DNA of 6,410 bases, from IMG/VR virus record IMGVR_UViG_2671180892_000009, positions 1 to 6,410 of that record. The stretch is one strand, 5' to 3'. The translations under genes were made by a program, and so were the position numbers. Below, piece after piece: positions 6,120 to 6,410 of this stretch. The first letter of the stretch is position 1. Each line of letters starts with the position of its first letter. The notes beneath the pieces are model-generated. The model did not search any database, had not been told where the DNA came from, and saw only the letters and a list, made by a program, of their open reading frames with translations. The DNA is from a virus. Lineage: Duplodnaviria; Heunggongvirae; Uroviricota; Caudoviricetes.

Positions 6120-6410
6120 TGATCCTACCCACGTAATATGGACACAGGCCTAAGCGAGGTTCTGGTTTTCAAATTGTTCCGGACTGAGGCCGCCACACCA
6201 ACTGTGCCGCCGCCACCGATTGTAATCACATTCGATATAATTAAACACCGTTGCCCGCATTATTTCCCGGCTGATAAAGTGTTCTCCATGGATACATTCC
6301 ACTTTCAGCGAATGAAAGAAGCTTTCCACGCAGGCATTATCGTAGCAGCAACCTTTTGCGCTCATACTTCCACGCAGATTATGCCGTTTCTGTTGCGCCT
6401 GATAATCTGC
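6120..6410 (-). mobile_element. IS3 (IS3 family) insertion sequence, right-end portion, with the terminal inverted repeat beginning TGATCCTACCCACGTAATATGGACACAGGCC at 6120. The element continues beyond the window edge.
   Basis: The terminus starting with TGATCC matches the IS3 end sequence as I remember it, and the adjacent ORF encodes the C-terminus of the IS3 orfB transposase. Confidence 0.9.
6150..6410 (-). CDS. insF: IS3 transposase orfB (InsF-like), C-terminal 86 residues of the DDE catalytic domain. 5'-partial: the N-terminus lies beyond the window.
   Basis: The frame is open to the window edge. The translation [86 protein letters not shown] matches the IS3 InsF C-terminus with two substitutions relative to the copy I remember (L to Q, K to Q). 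Confidence 0.9.
   Translation of the reverse strand, partial: ADYQAQQKRHNLRGSMSAKGCCYDNACVESFFHSLKVECIHGEHFISREIMRATVFNYIECDYNRWRRHSWCGGLSPEQFENQNLA

Noticed and set aside
1-6410. Search for CRISPR arrays, tRNA/rRNA genes, toxin-antitoxin pairs or defence-system operons.
   Set aside because: There are no regularly spaced direct repeats, no tRNA-like cloverleaf candidates, and no unassigned multi-gene block. Essentially all coding capacity is accounted for by lambda-like morphogenesis homologs and IS3.

Overview
This window is a heavily reduced lambda-like (lambdoid) prophage packaging and tail module, entirely on the minus strand, interrupted at its right edge by an IS3 copy. I could not identify any defence, toxin-antitoxin, CRISPR or other novel system: every long ORF is explained by a recognisable lambda morphogenesis homolog, and the long plus-strand ORFs are antisense shadows. 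Reading in the direction of transcription (high to low coordinates): IS3 right end with the 3' part of its orfB transposase (6120-6410, runs off the window); an AT-rich non-coding stretch with several palindromes (5700-6119); a lambda-type cos site (about 5491-5690); small terminase Nu1 (4918-5466); large terminase A (3030-4946); a single ORF joining a gpW-like N-terminal part to a complete gpU-like part (2418-3026); major tail protein V (1667-2407); an intrinsic terminator hairpin; tail assembly chaperone G (1221-1610) with an overlapping -1 frame (898-1227) that fits the lambda G-T frameshift arrangement; a 110-codon ORF joining a tape-measure (gpH) N-terminal stub to a His-box tail-fibre C-terminal tip (582-914); and the tail fibre assembly protein Tfa (1-582). 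The portal, protease, scaffold, capsid, head-completion, most of the tape measure, the tail tip proteins and most of the side tail fibre appear to have been lost in two deletions that both left in-frame junctions. The most interesting biology is therefore the architecture itself: an intact cos site with both terminase subunits but no capsid genes. All homology statements come from reading the translations against remembered lambda protein sequences; no database search was run.
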